A stretch of DNA of 64,000 nucleotides from Acidobacteriota bacterium (GCA_046734955.1 JBKPSH010000025.1:1135-65134), one strand, 5' to 3'. Positions 45,683-54,977 are shown, counted from the first letter of the stretch. Numbers and translations: made by a program. Notes: generated by a model not told the origin, from the letters alone.

Positions 45683-46635
45683 CAGGCCGCGCCCGCCGCC
45701 GCAACCGCGGAATGAACCGCGCGTCGCTCGCGAAGCGCGTCGACGGCAACGGCCGCGAGAATGATCGCGCCCTGCAGCGCGCGCTCCCAATACGCACTCA
45801 CGCCGAGAAATGTCAGCGCCGGGCCAATCGCACCCAGGAGCACCACGCCGAGAAGCGTGCCGAGAAGACTTCCTGATCCGCCACGAATCGCCGTCCCTCC
45901 CACGACCGCGGCAGCAATCACTTTCATCTCGAGGCCGATGCCGGCATTACTTGGAATCTGATTGAACCGAACGGAATTCAGCAGCGCGGCCAGACCGGTC
46001 AACGCCCCTGCGACGATGAAGACCATGAACTTCACGCGCGCGGTGTCGAGACCCGCAAGCCGGGCGGCGGCCTCATTCGATCCCGTCGCATATACCGCGC
46101 GTCCGATTGCAACGTTCGACATGATCCAGGCAACCGCACCCAGCAGGACGACAACAATCGCACAGGCGACGAATGGATACGTGGACTGCGGCAGGCCAAA
46201 CCACTGGAATCCAGGCGGAAGGTTCTGCACCCACGCCCCTTCCGTCGCCCACCGCAATGCGTCTCGCAACGCGACCATCGACGCCAGCGTGACGACAATG
46301 GAAGGCATGCGCAGGTATGCGACGAGGCTTCCGGTCAAGGCGCCAAGGGCACCACCGGCCGCGCATGCCGTCAGGGCGGCGACCGCAACCGAGCCGGTCG
46401 CCTTCGCGGCCACTCCTGCGACCACGCCGCAGATCGCGAACACGGAGCCGACGGAGATGTCGATGTTGCCGGTAAGGAGTACGAGCGTAGTGCCAATGGC
46501 GACGATCAGCACCGGCATGTTGCCGAGAAACAGATCGCTCAGGTTTTCGCGCGCGAAATAACCCGGCGTGATCGCCGCGAGCACGAGCGCGAGGGCGATG
46601 ATCACGATGAGGAGGCTGATTTCGCGTCTCTGCAT
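45682..46635 (-). CDS. Rhamnose-type ABC transporter permease (CUT2)
   Basis: 317-aa polytopic protein with the GNIDISVGS motif. Confidence 0.85.
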   Translation of the reverse strand: MQRREISLLIVIIALALVLAAITPGYFARENLSDLFLGNMPVLIVAIGTTLVLLTGNIDISVGSVFAICGVVAGVAAKATGSVAVAALTACAAGGALGALTGSLVAYLRMPSIVVTLASMVALRDALRWATEGAWVQNLPPGFQWFGLPQSTYPFVACAIVVVLLGAVAWIMSNVAIGRAVYATGSNEAAARLAGLDTARVKFMVFIVAGALTGLAALLNSVRFNQIPSNAGIGLEMKVIAAAVVGGTAIRGGSGSLLGTLLGVVLLGAIGPALTFLGVSAYWERALQGAIILAAVAVDALRERRAVHSAVAAAGAA

Positions 46636-46647
46636 GGGTGCGTGAGG

Positions 46648-48138
46648 TTAATGCCCGAGCGCGGCTGCCATGACGTTGTCAGCATTGGCCGATGCCCGCG
46701 GGATCGTGGTCACGATCGTGCCGGCAACCATCACCGCAATCCGATCGCTCATGCCAAGAATCTCCGGCAGCTCCGACGAAATCATGATGATGGCCATGCC
46801 GCGCTCGGCCAGCTCCTGCATCAAGCGGTGGATCTCTGCCTTCGATCCGACATCGACGCCCTGGGTCGGCTCGTCGAGGATCAGAATCGACGGCCTGGTC
46901 GCCAGCCATCGCGCGAGCGCGACCTTCTGCTGATTGCCTCCCGAGAGCGATCCCACTTCGGCGTCGACCGATGCCGTCTTGACGCGCAGGCTGGCGACAT
47001 ATTCTTCCGCCCTCATGCTTTCCGCCCGCCGTCGAATCAGACCACGAGTGGACACCGACGGCAGACTGGCGAGACTTGCGTTCGCCGCGACGGACATGTC
47101 CAGGACGACGCCATGCTGACGGCGATCCTCGGGAACGTATCCGATTCCCGCCCGGATCGCATCGGCTGGAGATTCGATCTGGACCGGCGCGCCATCGATC
47201 GCAATGGCTCCCGCATCGGCAGGCGTCAGTCCGAAGATCGTCTCGGCAAGCTGTGTCCGTCCCGACCCGACGAGTCCAGCGATGCCCAGGATTTCTCCGC
47301 GCCGAACCGACAGCGAAACCTGGCGAACGCCTGTCCTGGCGTTCGATAGGTGCTTGACCTCCAACACGGTCTCGCCGAGCGGGATGTCACGCTTCGGAAA
47401 CACGGCATCGAGTTCGCGGCCGACCATCATGCGGATCAAATCAGCGCGCGTGACGTCGCCGCGATCGCGCGTCGCGACGGTGTGGCCATCGCGCAGGACC
47501 GTGATGCGATCCGCAATCGCGGCAATCTCTTCAAGGCGGTGCGAAATGTAGATGACGCCAACGCCCTCGGCACGCAGCCGCGTGATCACCGCGAAGAGCC
47601 GCGTCACCTCGCGCTCGCTCAACGACGCGGTCGGTTCGTCCATGATGACGATCCGCGCCTCGGCGCCGATCGCCTTGACAATCTCCACAACCTGCTGCTC
47701 GGGCATGGTGAGATCGCCGACCCGGCGATCCGGATCAAGCGTGACACCGATTCGCCGGAGCAATTCTGACGCGCGACGCCGGCGGGCGCTGCGATCGACG
47801 CGCCGCCAGGACCCGCCACGCTCGAGCGACAGCGCGACGTTTTCGGCGACGGTGAGATCGGGAAAGAGCGCGGGCTGTTGGTAGATCGCCGCGATGCCGA
47901 GTTCGCGCGTCGTGTGAGGATCGATGTGCGTCACCGGAATGCCATCAACGACCAGCGATCCGGCGTCGGCGCGCTCGGCACCGGTCATGATCTTGATGAG
48001 GGTTGATTTGCCCGCGCCGTTCTCGCCGACCAATGCATGCACTTCGCCTCGGTGGAGGTCGAATGACACGCGATCGAGCGCGCGGAGTCCCGCGAAGGAC
48101 TTGCTGATGTTGCGAGCGTCGAGAAGCAGAGCGGCCAC
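46648..48138 (-). CDS. Rhamnose-type ABC transporter ATP-binding protein (duplicated ABC)
   Basis: Walker A GENGAGKST and signature LSGGNQQK. 496 aa with a GTG start. Confidence 0.85.
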   Translation of the reverse strand: MAALLLDARNISKSFAGLRALDRVSFDLHRGEVHALVGENGAGKSTLIKIMTGAERADAGSLVVDGIPVTHIDPHTTRELGIAAIYQQPALFPDLTVAENVALSLERGGSWRRVDRSARRRRASELLRRIGVTLDPDRRVGDLTMPEQQVVEIVKAIGAEARIVIMDEPTASLSEREVTRLFAVITRLRAEGVGVIYISHRLEEIAAIADRITVLRDGHTVATRDRGDVTRADLIRMMVGRELDAVFPKRDIPLGETVLEVKHLSNARTGVRQVSLSVRRGEILGIAGLVGSGRTQLAETIFGLTPADAGAIAIDGAPVQIESPADAIRAGIGYVPEDRRQHGVVLDMSVAANASLASLPSVSTRGLIRRRAESMRAEEYVASLRVKTASVDAEVGSLSGGNQQKVALARWLATRPSILILDEPTQGVDVGSKAEIHRLMQELAERGMAIIMISSELPEILGMSDRIAVMVAGTIVTTIPRASANADNVMAAALGH

Positions 48139-48407
48139 GAGACAGTCGGCGCGCGGGATGCTACCACATCCGAGGGTCGAAGTGCCTATGACGCTCGTTG
48201 CGCACTTCAGAACGCGAAACCGCTAAAGTCGGTAAAAAACCGTCAATTTACTGTTGAGTATCGGCCAAGTTGGTCGATTGCCGACCGAGGTCTGACCCCT
48301 CGGCATTGCGCAAGGCGAAACGCCGTGACATAATCGTCGCCCTGGAGCGGTCGCCCCGCGCGGCCCTTCCTATCCGCAACCCTCGGCGTCAACCGGACAG
48401 AACACAC

Positions 48408-49544
48408 ATGAGCTCCGACAAGAATTCGTCGCGAGATCCCTATCTCGTTAAGTCAGTCGTCCACTCGGCGCAGCTGCTGTCGGCGTTTCGCTCGTCCGGT
48501 GAAGCGCTGCCGCTGCGCGAAGTCGCGGCGCGAAGCGGGCTGCCGAAGAGCATGGCATTCCGGCTGCTCTACACGCTCGAACGCTGTGGCATGGTCGAGA
48601 AGGTCGGCGAGAATCTTTATCGATCGCATCTTCGTCCGTTCAAACAAAGACCCTATCGCCTCGGCTACGCCGCGCAAGGAACGGACTATCAGTTCTCGAA
48701 GGAAATTTCGAACGGACTGCAGCGGGCAGCCGCGGCCAATGGCATCGAACTCATCTCGGTCGACAATCGATACAACCCGAAAATCGCGCAGCGCAACGCC
48801 GACGTCCTCGTGCGCGAGAAGGTTGATCTCGTCATCGAGTTCCAGACCGACGAGCACGTCGCGCCAATCGTCGCCGCCAAGTATCGCGAGGCCGGCATTC
48901 CGCTGATCGCGATCGAAGTGCCGCACCCGGGTGCGACTTACTTCGGCGCGAACAACTATGAAGCGGGCCTGATCGGCGGGCGGCATCTCGGCCGCTGGGC
49001 GAAGCAGAACTGGCACTCAGACGTCAACGAAATCGTGCTGCTCGCGCTCGAGCGCGCAGGAAGCCTGCCCAAGATGCGCCTGACCGGCATGCTCGTCGGC
49101 ATGAAGGAAACGTGTCCGGCACTCGAGAACTGTCAGGTCACCTACCTCGAAGGGGACGGCAAGTTAGGCGAGAGCTTCGAGGCGATGCGCCGGCAGCTCC
49201 GGACGACGAGATCGAAGCGGTTTCTTATCGGCGCGATCAACGATCCCAGTGCCCTCGGAGCGCTGCGCGCGCTGCAGGAGGCCGGCCGCAGCGAGAGCTG
49301 CGCAATCATGGGTCAGAACGCATCGCCGGAGGGACGCGCCGAGCTCCGCACCGCCGGTACCCGCCTGATCGGGTCCGTCGCGTACTTCCCTGAAAAGTAC
49401 GGTGCCGATATCGTCGCCGTGGCCCTGGATATCCTCCATCGGCGGTCGGTCCCGCCCGCGGTGTTCGTCAAGCACCAGCTGGTGACGCCGGAGAATGTCG
49501 ACCACATCTACCCCAACGATCACTTGATGCAAGTCACGGTGTAA
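48408..49544 (+). CDS. Hybrid regulator: IclR-type winged HTH fused to a periplasmic-binding-protein-like sugar-binding domain
   Basis: The ATG at 48408 gives MSSDKNSSRDPYLVKSVVHSAQLLSAF..LPLREVAARSGLPKSMAFRLLYTLERCGMV, an IclR-type HTH. The remaining ~300 aa look like a PBP type 1 (LacI/RbsB-like) sugar-binding fold, not an IclR effector domain. Confidence 0.7.
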   Translation: MSSDKNSSRDPYLVKSVVHSAQLLSAFRSSGEALPLREVAARSGLPKSMAFRLLYTLERCGMVEKVGENLYRSHLRPFKQRPYRLGYAAQGTDYQFSKEISNGLQRAAAANGIELISVDNRYNPKIAQRNADVLVREKVDLVIEFQTDEHVAPIVAAKYREAGIPLIAIEVPHPGATYFGANNYEAGLIGGRHLGRWAKQNWHSDVNEIVLLALERAGSLPKMRLTGMLVGMKETCPALENCQVTYLEGDGKLGESFEAMRRQLRTTRSKRFLIGAINDPSALGALRALQEAGRSESCAIMGQNASPEGRAELRTAGTRLIGSVAYFPEKYGADIVAVALDILHRRSVPPAVFVKHQLVTPENVDHIYPNDHLMQVTV

Positions 49545-49583
49545 AAGGGAAAAGGCAAAAGGGAAAAGGGAAAAGGGAAAAGG
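49545..49583 (+). repeat. Stop-codon-anchored polypurine repeat (AAAAGGG)n, third copy
   Basis: TAA-AAGGGAAAAGGCAAAAGGGAAAAGGGAAAAGGGAAAAGG directly after the regulator stop. Confidence 0.9.
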
Positions 49584-49611
49584 ATCCCGCATCCCGCACA
49601 CCGGATCCCGG
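49584..49611. repeat. GGATCCCG word cluster
   Basis: atcccgcatcccgcacaccggatcccgg, the same word family as at 19871-19931, 33631-33668 and 35961-36004. Confidence 0.6.
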
Positions 49612-49727
49612 CTGCTCCACTCCAACCAGACTAAATCACCGATACCGGTGTCTATTTAACGAGACGCGCGCGCGAAGGCGGATGCAAGAAATCCGGGGTC
49701 CCCCGTTCTAGGGACAGGAGGCCAGGT

Positions 49728-51344
49728 ATGCGTTCTCTCGCGCTTGCGGCTGTACTCTCGGTTTTTGCGCTCGGCTGCGCGCACAAAAGATCAACGGAGG
49801 GGGCCGCCGCTCTGGCGGCGCCATTGCCAGCAGCACCGGCCTACGCTGCGCAGATGCCGATCGTCGGCGGACCAGGCTGGCAGTTCTCCGCAAGCGGCGA
49901 CTTCAATACGGCAGCTTACGACCGCATCGACGACAATCCATTTCATCAGGTGACGCAGGATCCGTTATCGACATTCTCAATCGACGTCGACACCGCGTCG
50001 TACGCGAACGTCCGCCGATTTCTTAACCACGGTTCCTTGCCACCAAAGGACGCGGTTCGGATCGAGGAGCTGATCAACTACTTCCGCTTCGAGTACCCGC
50101 GGCCCCCGACCGAGGTTCCGTTCTCCATCCATACCGAAGTCGCCGCCTGCCCGTGGAATCCGACGCATCGTCTTGCCCTCATTGGGCTGCAGGCGCGACC
50201 CCTCGATGCCGACCAGGCACGGGCGCGCAATCTCGTGTTTCTGCTCGATGTCTCCGGATCAATGATGCCGTCCAACAGGCTGCCGCTAATACGAAACGCG
50301 ATGCGGATGCTCGTCGATACGCTGAATGAAGGCGATCGCATCGCCATCGTCGTCTACGCAGGGGCGAGTGGTCTGGTGCTTCCGTCCACAAGCGGTGCGG
50401 AGAAAGCGAAGATCCATCAGGCAATCGCCAGCCTCGAAGCGGGAGGTTCGACCAACGGTGCCGCCGGAATCTCGCTCGCTTACAAAGTTGCGCAAGATCA
50501 GTTCGTCACGGGGGGCATCAACCGCGTGATCCTCGCGACCGATGGCGACTTCAACGTCGGCGTCACAAATCAGGGCGATCTCACACGGCTGATCGAAGAG
50601 AAGCGCGCCAGCGGGATTTTTCTGTCGGTGCTCGGTGTCGGCGACGACAACCTCAAAGACTCGACGATGGAGAAGCTGGCAGATCGTGGGAACGGCAACT
50701 ACGCCTATCTCGATTCCCTTCACGAAGCGCGAAAAGTGCTCGTCAAGGAAGCCGGTGCGACCCTCGTCACCGTCGCGAAGGACGTCAAGATTCAAGTCGA
50801 GTTCAACCCTGCAAATGTTGCTGCGTATCGCTTGATCGGCTACGAGAATCGGGTGCTGCGCAATCAGGATTTCAATGACGACAAGAAGGATGCGGGTGAA
50901 ATCGGCGCCGGCCACACGGTGACCGCACTGTATGAGATTGTGCCGCCTGGCTACTATGTCGACGTGCCGACTGTCGATCCGCTGAAATATCAGCCATCGT
51001 CGAGCCAAGCGACGGCGACGGCGACACCGTCCACGGCACGCGATGAGTTGTTGACGGTGAAGTTGCGCTACAAGGCGACCGACGGCGACGACAGTCGGCT
51101 GATCACCGTGCCGGTCAAGAATCGCACGTCAGAGTTGTCGGAAAACGTGGGATTCGCTGCGGCCGTTGCTGAATTTGGCATGTTGCTGCGGCAGTCAGAA
51201 TACCGCGGCTCGGCAACGCATTCGGATGCCGCCGCGCTCGCACGTCGATTCCGAGGTGCCGATCCTGATGGGTATCGCGCCGAGTTTGCGCGCCTGGTAG
51301 AGTTAGCGCAGTCTCTGTCACCCGCGACGGAAGCGCGCAAGTAA
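49728..51344 (+). CDS. YfbK-like von Willebrand factor A lipoprotein
   Basis: Lipobox MRSLALAAVLSVFALGC. MIDAS motif LVFLLDVSGSM. C-terminal region of the YfbK/DUF3520 type. AGGAGG upstream. Confidence 0.75.
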   Translation: MRSLALAAVLSVFALGCAHKRSTEGAAALAAPLPAAPAYAAQMPIVGGPGWQFSASGDFNTAAYDRIDDNPFHQVTQDPLSTFSIDVDTASYANVRRFLNHGSLPPKDAVRIEELINYFRFEYPRPPTEVPFSIHTEVAACPWNPTHRLALIGLQARPLDADQARARNLVFLLDVSGSMMPSNRLPLIRNAMRMLVDTLNEGDRIAIVVYAGASGLVLPSTSGAEKAKIHQAIASLEAGGSTNGAAGISLAYKVAQDQFVTGGINRVILATDGDFNVGVTNQGDLTRLIEEKRASGIFLSVLGVGDDNLKDSTMEKLADRGNGNYAYLDSLHEARKVLVKEAGATLVTVAKDVKIQVEFNPANVAAYRLIGYENRVLRNQDFNDDKKDAGEIGAGHTVTALYEIVPPGYYVDVPTVDPLKYQPSSSQATATATPSTARDELLTVKLRYKATDGDDSRLITVPVKNRTSELSENVGFAAAVAEFGMLLRQSEYRGSATHSDAAALARRFRGADPDGYRAEFARLVELAQSLSPATEARK

Positions 51345-51371
51345 AAGGGACAAGGGACCCTTTTCCCTTTT
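51343..51371. terminator. Hairpin made of the polypurine word and its complement, between the convergent VWA and propeller genes
   Basis: aaaagggacaaggg-a-cccttttccctttt, 14-nt arms with one mismatch. Both arms begin inside the stop codons of the two converging genes, so each strand reads TAAAAGGGA. Confidence 0.5.
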
Positions 51372-53073
51372 ACTTCTCAATGGCGAAGCCGAAGGCGTAG
51401 AGGGTGCTGTCAGCACCAGGCACGTAGACGTTTCCCTGCCCTGCCGACAAACCACCCCGCACTGACGTGGTGATGGTCCGCATGCTGTTCCATAAATCCT
51501 TGCCGGTCGATGCATCGATCGCGTAGAGCACCGCAGGCATCGCCTTCGTACCACTCGACACCGCAAACAGCACGCCGTTGACGACGAGCGGCGGCAGCGG
51601 AGACGCGATGTCGCGCGAGGTCCATCCGGGTTGCAGCGCAAGTTTGCCGCCCTCATCCACAACCTTGAAGGTGACGATTCCGCGCGAAGACGGCACAGCA
51701 ATCCATCGCGCGTTCTGCGCATCTCCCCAACTCGCGAGCGCACCAGGATTGAACTTCTCGCTGCCAGCAACAACCGCGGTCGCGATCGGACCGCTCGCCA
51801 GCGCGGCGCTGTCGAACAGGTACAATTTGCCGCTGCCGGCTGCCGCGACAATGTCCTTGTTTTTCAGCGGAAACACCAGCGGCGAAGAATTGAAGTCCGC
51901 ACCCGCAACTGTCGTCGAGGCCTTCTGCTTCAGCGTCTTTGGTTCGAGCGCGATCAGCTGGTTCGACATCGCAGATGAACCAGCGGTCGTAGTGAGGTAG
52001 ACGGTGCCGTCACGTCCGAGCGCGAAACCAGCGCTGCCGGCGATGTTCGCCCCCTTCGGTTGAAACGCCACCACATCTTTCTTCTCCGAGCCGAGCTCCA
52101 TCGCCCACACGCCGTCGGGCTGGCTGCCGCATCCGTTGGTCGTGGCTGCGTAAGCAACAGCGCCGCCGCCATCCGGCAGGTTGGCGATGAGCAGGCCTGC
52201 GGCTCGCGTGTTGGCGGGCACGAACAATGTCGGTGGCATGAGATCGACGCCGTTCTGCACATTCAACGCGTGCAGGAAACCATCGCTGCCCACGAGGTAC
52301 GCCGCATCGTTGCCCGGCACGAATGGACCGCCACCAAATCCTCCGCCACCACCGGCGCCGCGTGCTCCGGGAGGAAGACCTCCGGGTGCGTTGCCAGCCA
52401 CAGCGGCAGCAGATCCGGGAGCAGCTCCGGGCACGCCTGCACGGCCGCCGCCCGCTCCACCGGGACCACCCGGACCGCCCCCACGCTGCTGACCAGCGGT
52501 CGCCAAAGTGATGGCGCCTTTGCCTGGTTCACCAACCCCGCCCCCCGATCGTCCTCCACGGCCGAAGCCGCCACCGCCGCGGCCGTCGGCGGCAGCTGGC
52601 GCGATCGCCGTTGGACGTGACAATGGCGCCACCAGTCCACCGGGACAGCTACTCGTGACATTGAGCATCGGCGGCGGGCTCGCCGAGTAGTTGATGTGAT
52701 ACTTCCAGAGCGGTGCGCCCATGTCGATGTCGATCGCGTGAACGGTCTCTGACTGTGTACCGACGAACGCGATCGACTTGAATCCGCGGAAACCGATGAT
52801 GCGATCGAGCAGGATCGGCTGGGTCAACGCGGTGGCAGCCTTCGGTTCGTATTCGAGCTTCAACTTCCAGAGGAACTTGAACGCCCCGAATTCTCCCGGC
52901 TTCTCCATCGTCTGCACGGAGATTCGCGGATCGTTTTTGATCGAGGCGGTTCGCTGCGCGTCGTAGCTGCCGGTTGTCCATTCAACACCGCCGCGTCCCT
53001 GCGCGTGGAGAAGCGACGACGCGACTGCGCTGCAAAACGCAACCGCCAATCCGCGGCTGATGTACGTTTTCAT
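51370..53073 (-). CDS. Exported PQQ-like beta-propeller repeat protein (paralog B) with a ~95-aa Gly/Arg/Pro/Ala insert
   Basis: The ATG at 53073 forms an ATGA overlap with the upstream stop. Signal peptide [24 protein letters not shown]. Shares blocks with paralog A: FLWKLKL, CPGGL, FKVVD, PGWTSRD, LYAID, LYAFG. Confidence 0.65.
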   Translation of the reverse strand: MKTYISRGLAVAFCSAVASSLLHAQGRGGVEWTTGSYDAQRTASIKNDPRISVQTMEKPGEFGAFKFLWKLKLEYEPKAATALTQPILLDRIIGFRGFKSIAFVGTQSETVHAIDIDMGAPLWKYHINYSASPPPMLNVTSSCPGGLVAPLSRPTAIAPAAADGRGGGGFGRGGRSGGGVGEPGKGAITLATAGQQRGGGPGGPGGAGGGRAGVPGAAPGSAAAVAGNAPGGLPPGARGAGGGGGFGGGPFVPGNDAAYLVGSDGFLHALNVQNGVDLMPPTLFVPANTRAAGLLIANLPDGGGAVAYAATTNGCGSQPDGVWAMELGSEKKDVVAFQPKGANIAGSAGFALGRDGTVYLTTTAGSSAMSNQLIALEPKTLKQKASTTVAGADFNSSPLVFPLKNKDIVAAAGSGKLYLFDSAALASGPIATAVVAGSEKFNPGALASWGDAQNARWIAVPSSRGIVTFKVVDEGGKLALQPGWTSRDIASPLPPLVVNGVLFAVSSGTKAMPAVLYAIDASTGKDLWNSMRTITTSVRGGLSAGQGNVYVPGADSTLYAFGFAIEK

Positions 53074-54710
53074 CGCAACTCCTTCTTCGTCTCGATTGCC
53101 GATCGGGCCGCATGCGTAGTCGATATGCGCGCAGGAAGATTTGCCGCGCCGAAGCAATACAACATGCCGTCGTAGGTGCCGATGTAGACGCGGCCGTTGG
53201 CGATCGAAAGACCGCTGAAGTGATTCCACGACGTGATCTGATCCTTGCTCGACCAGAGCTCATCGCCGGTCTCACCGTCGAGCGCATACAAGACCGCGTG
53301 CGTGGATTCAAGAATGCGCCCTTGCGATCCACCAACGTGTCCCGGCTCGGTCCAACGCTGCGTCGTGCTTTCGCCGCTGCCGTATGCGTAGACGATGCCG
53401 TTGGCGATGACGGGAGGATCCGCCATATACATGTCGCGCGAGATCCACGCAGGAATGAGCGTCGGCTTTCCACTCTTCGGATCGTCAACGACCTTGAACG
53501 CGGCGACCCCACCGTAGACGACTTGTCCGTGTTCGACCGGCGCTTCGAACCGCGTGTGCTTCGGACCCCAGAACGGCGTCAGCACCCAGCGCGTGCCCTT
53601 CGCGTCCTGCCACGTCGCCAACGCGCCCCAGATGCCCATCGTGAAATTCACTTCCTCATTGCAGATGAGAGGTGAGCGATGCGTTGGTGTCCGATGATCC
53701 TCACCGCCAAGCGATGACGTGTCCATCAGCCAGATCCGACATTCCTTGCTTGCCGAGACGATGTACTCCTTGCCCTTGTAATCGAAGATTGGCGAGGAGG
53801 TGTTGAAGTCGAGGTCGCGCTTGCGCATCCAGTACGCATCGACCGGCGCGTACCAATCTTTCAACTCGAGCGCTTTTGTCTGCGGGTTCTGCTTCACGCC
53901 GATGAATGCCTGCCCGTAGATCTGCTGCGCTGGGACGTAGTCTCCGTCGCCGCTCCCCGCGTAGACGGTGCCGTCCTTGCCCACTGAGGGACCAGTGCGC
54001 GGCCATAGCCCGCCGCTGCCGGGCGCCCAGTTGCCGACTTTCTTCGTTGCGAGATCGTAGGCGTAGAAGTTGTTTGGATTGCCGCCGCACCCCTGCGCGG
54101 TCGACGTGTAGATGACGCCGTTCACCAGATTCAGCGCGTACGGCTTGCCGTTCGGTGGAACGAACAGCGATGGCGGCTCGATCTCATTGCCAGTTGCCAC
54201 ATCCAGCGTGCGAAGCCGCCCGTCCCACGAGACGGCGTAGGCGACGTACTTTCCTGGCGAGGGCTGATCGAGAACGGGAGTCGCCGTTAACCCGCCCGGG
54301 CACAGCGTGCCGCCCCCGCGGCCACCCGTCTGTTCCTGGAAGGTGCTGTCGAAATGCTTATTCCAGAGCAGCGTCCCCTTGTCGACGTCGATCGCGAAGA
54401 TGTTGTCAGAGACACCGGCGACGATCGCGATCTCCTTGACGCCGTCGGCGGTAGTGACATTCCCCGCGATCAACGGCGGAAAGAGCGAATGCATCTGCCG
54501 TGGCTCGTTATTCAATTTGATCTTCCACAGCAGCTTCATGTCCTTGACGTTGGTCTTGTTCAGGATCGTTTCGTTGCGCTGCCAGGCGGTGCGCTGCGGA
54601 TCACCGCCGTCGGTGAGCCAGTCGGCTTTCTTCTGCTGCGCGCTGGGCGTGACGATCCAGGCCATCGCGGCGCCGAGCGCCACGAGACCTGCGAGCAATC
54701 GTCGGGTCAT
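53070..54710 (-). CDS. Exported PQQ-like beta-propeller repeat protein (paralog A)
   Basis: The ATG at 54710 (GAGGAG upstream) gives [25 protein letters not shown]. The W-x-T-x-GGD-x-x-RT start and the repeated propeller blades resemble quinoprotein folds. Confidence 0.65.
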   Translation of the reverse strand: MTRRLLAGLVALGAAMAWIVTPSAQQKKADWLTDGGDPQRTAWQRNETILNKTNVKDMKLLWKIKLNNEPRQMHSLFPPLIAGNVTTADGVKEIAIVAGVSDNIFAIDVDKGTLLWNKHFDSTFQEQTGGRGGGTLCPGGLTATPVLDQPSPGKYVAYAVSWDGRLRTLDVATGNEIEPPSLFVPPNGKPYALNLVNGVIYTSTAQGCGGNPNNFYAYDLATKKVGNWAPGSGGLWPRTGPSVGKDGTVYAGSGDGDYVPAQQIYGQAFIGVKQNPQTKALELKDWYAPVDAYWMRKRDLDFNTSSPIFDYKGKEYIVSASKECRIWLMDTSSLGGEDHRTPTHRSPLICNEEVNFTMGIWGALATWQDAKGTRWVLTPFWGPKHTRFEAPVEHGQVVYGGVAAFKVVDDPKSGKPTLIPAWISRDMYMADPPVIANGIVYAYGSGESTTQRWTEPGHVGGSQGRILESTHAVLYALDGETGDELWSSKDQITSWNHFSGLSIANGRVYIGTYDGMLYCFGAANLPARISTTHAARSAIETKKELR

Positions 54711-54881
54711 AGGGTGCAACTCCTCGTGGGCGGTGTTTGTATCAAAATCACGCGTGATATCGATCGAGAATCGATGCCGCGCAAGTTATTTCGGTATGCA
54801 AAAGATAACTCAATGAATGATGCGTTAGTAACGGGCTAATTTCGCGAAGACACGCCCGAAACGAGAGTTTGGTTTTTCTGT

Positions 54882-54977
54882 ATTGCGAAATGGATTGCGA
54901 ATGCGCCGATTCCAAGATTCGCGGATTAGTGATTCGCGATCATTGGCGATGAGTGATCAGTGATGAGGGATTCGAAC
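54882..54977. repeat. Word-repeat block (ATTGCGAA x2, GATTCGCG x2, GATGAG/GTGATCAGTGAT) after the CadC-like gene stop
   Basis: attgcgaaatggattgcgaatgcgccgattccaagattcgcggattagtgattcgcgatcattggcgatgagtgatcagtgatgagggattcgaac. Confidence 0.7.

Noticed and set aside
52318-52605. Gly/Arg-rich tracts considered as evidence of a wrong frame, a frameshift or a collagen-like domain
   Set aside because: Conserved propeller, TIM-barrel or MBL sequence continues in the same frame on both sides of each tract. There is no Gly-X-Y periodicity. I retained them as inserts (see findings).
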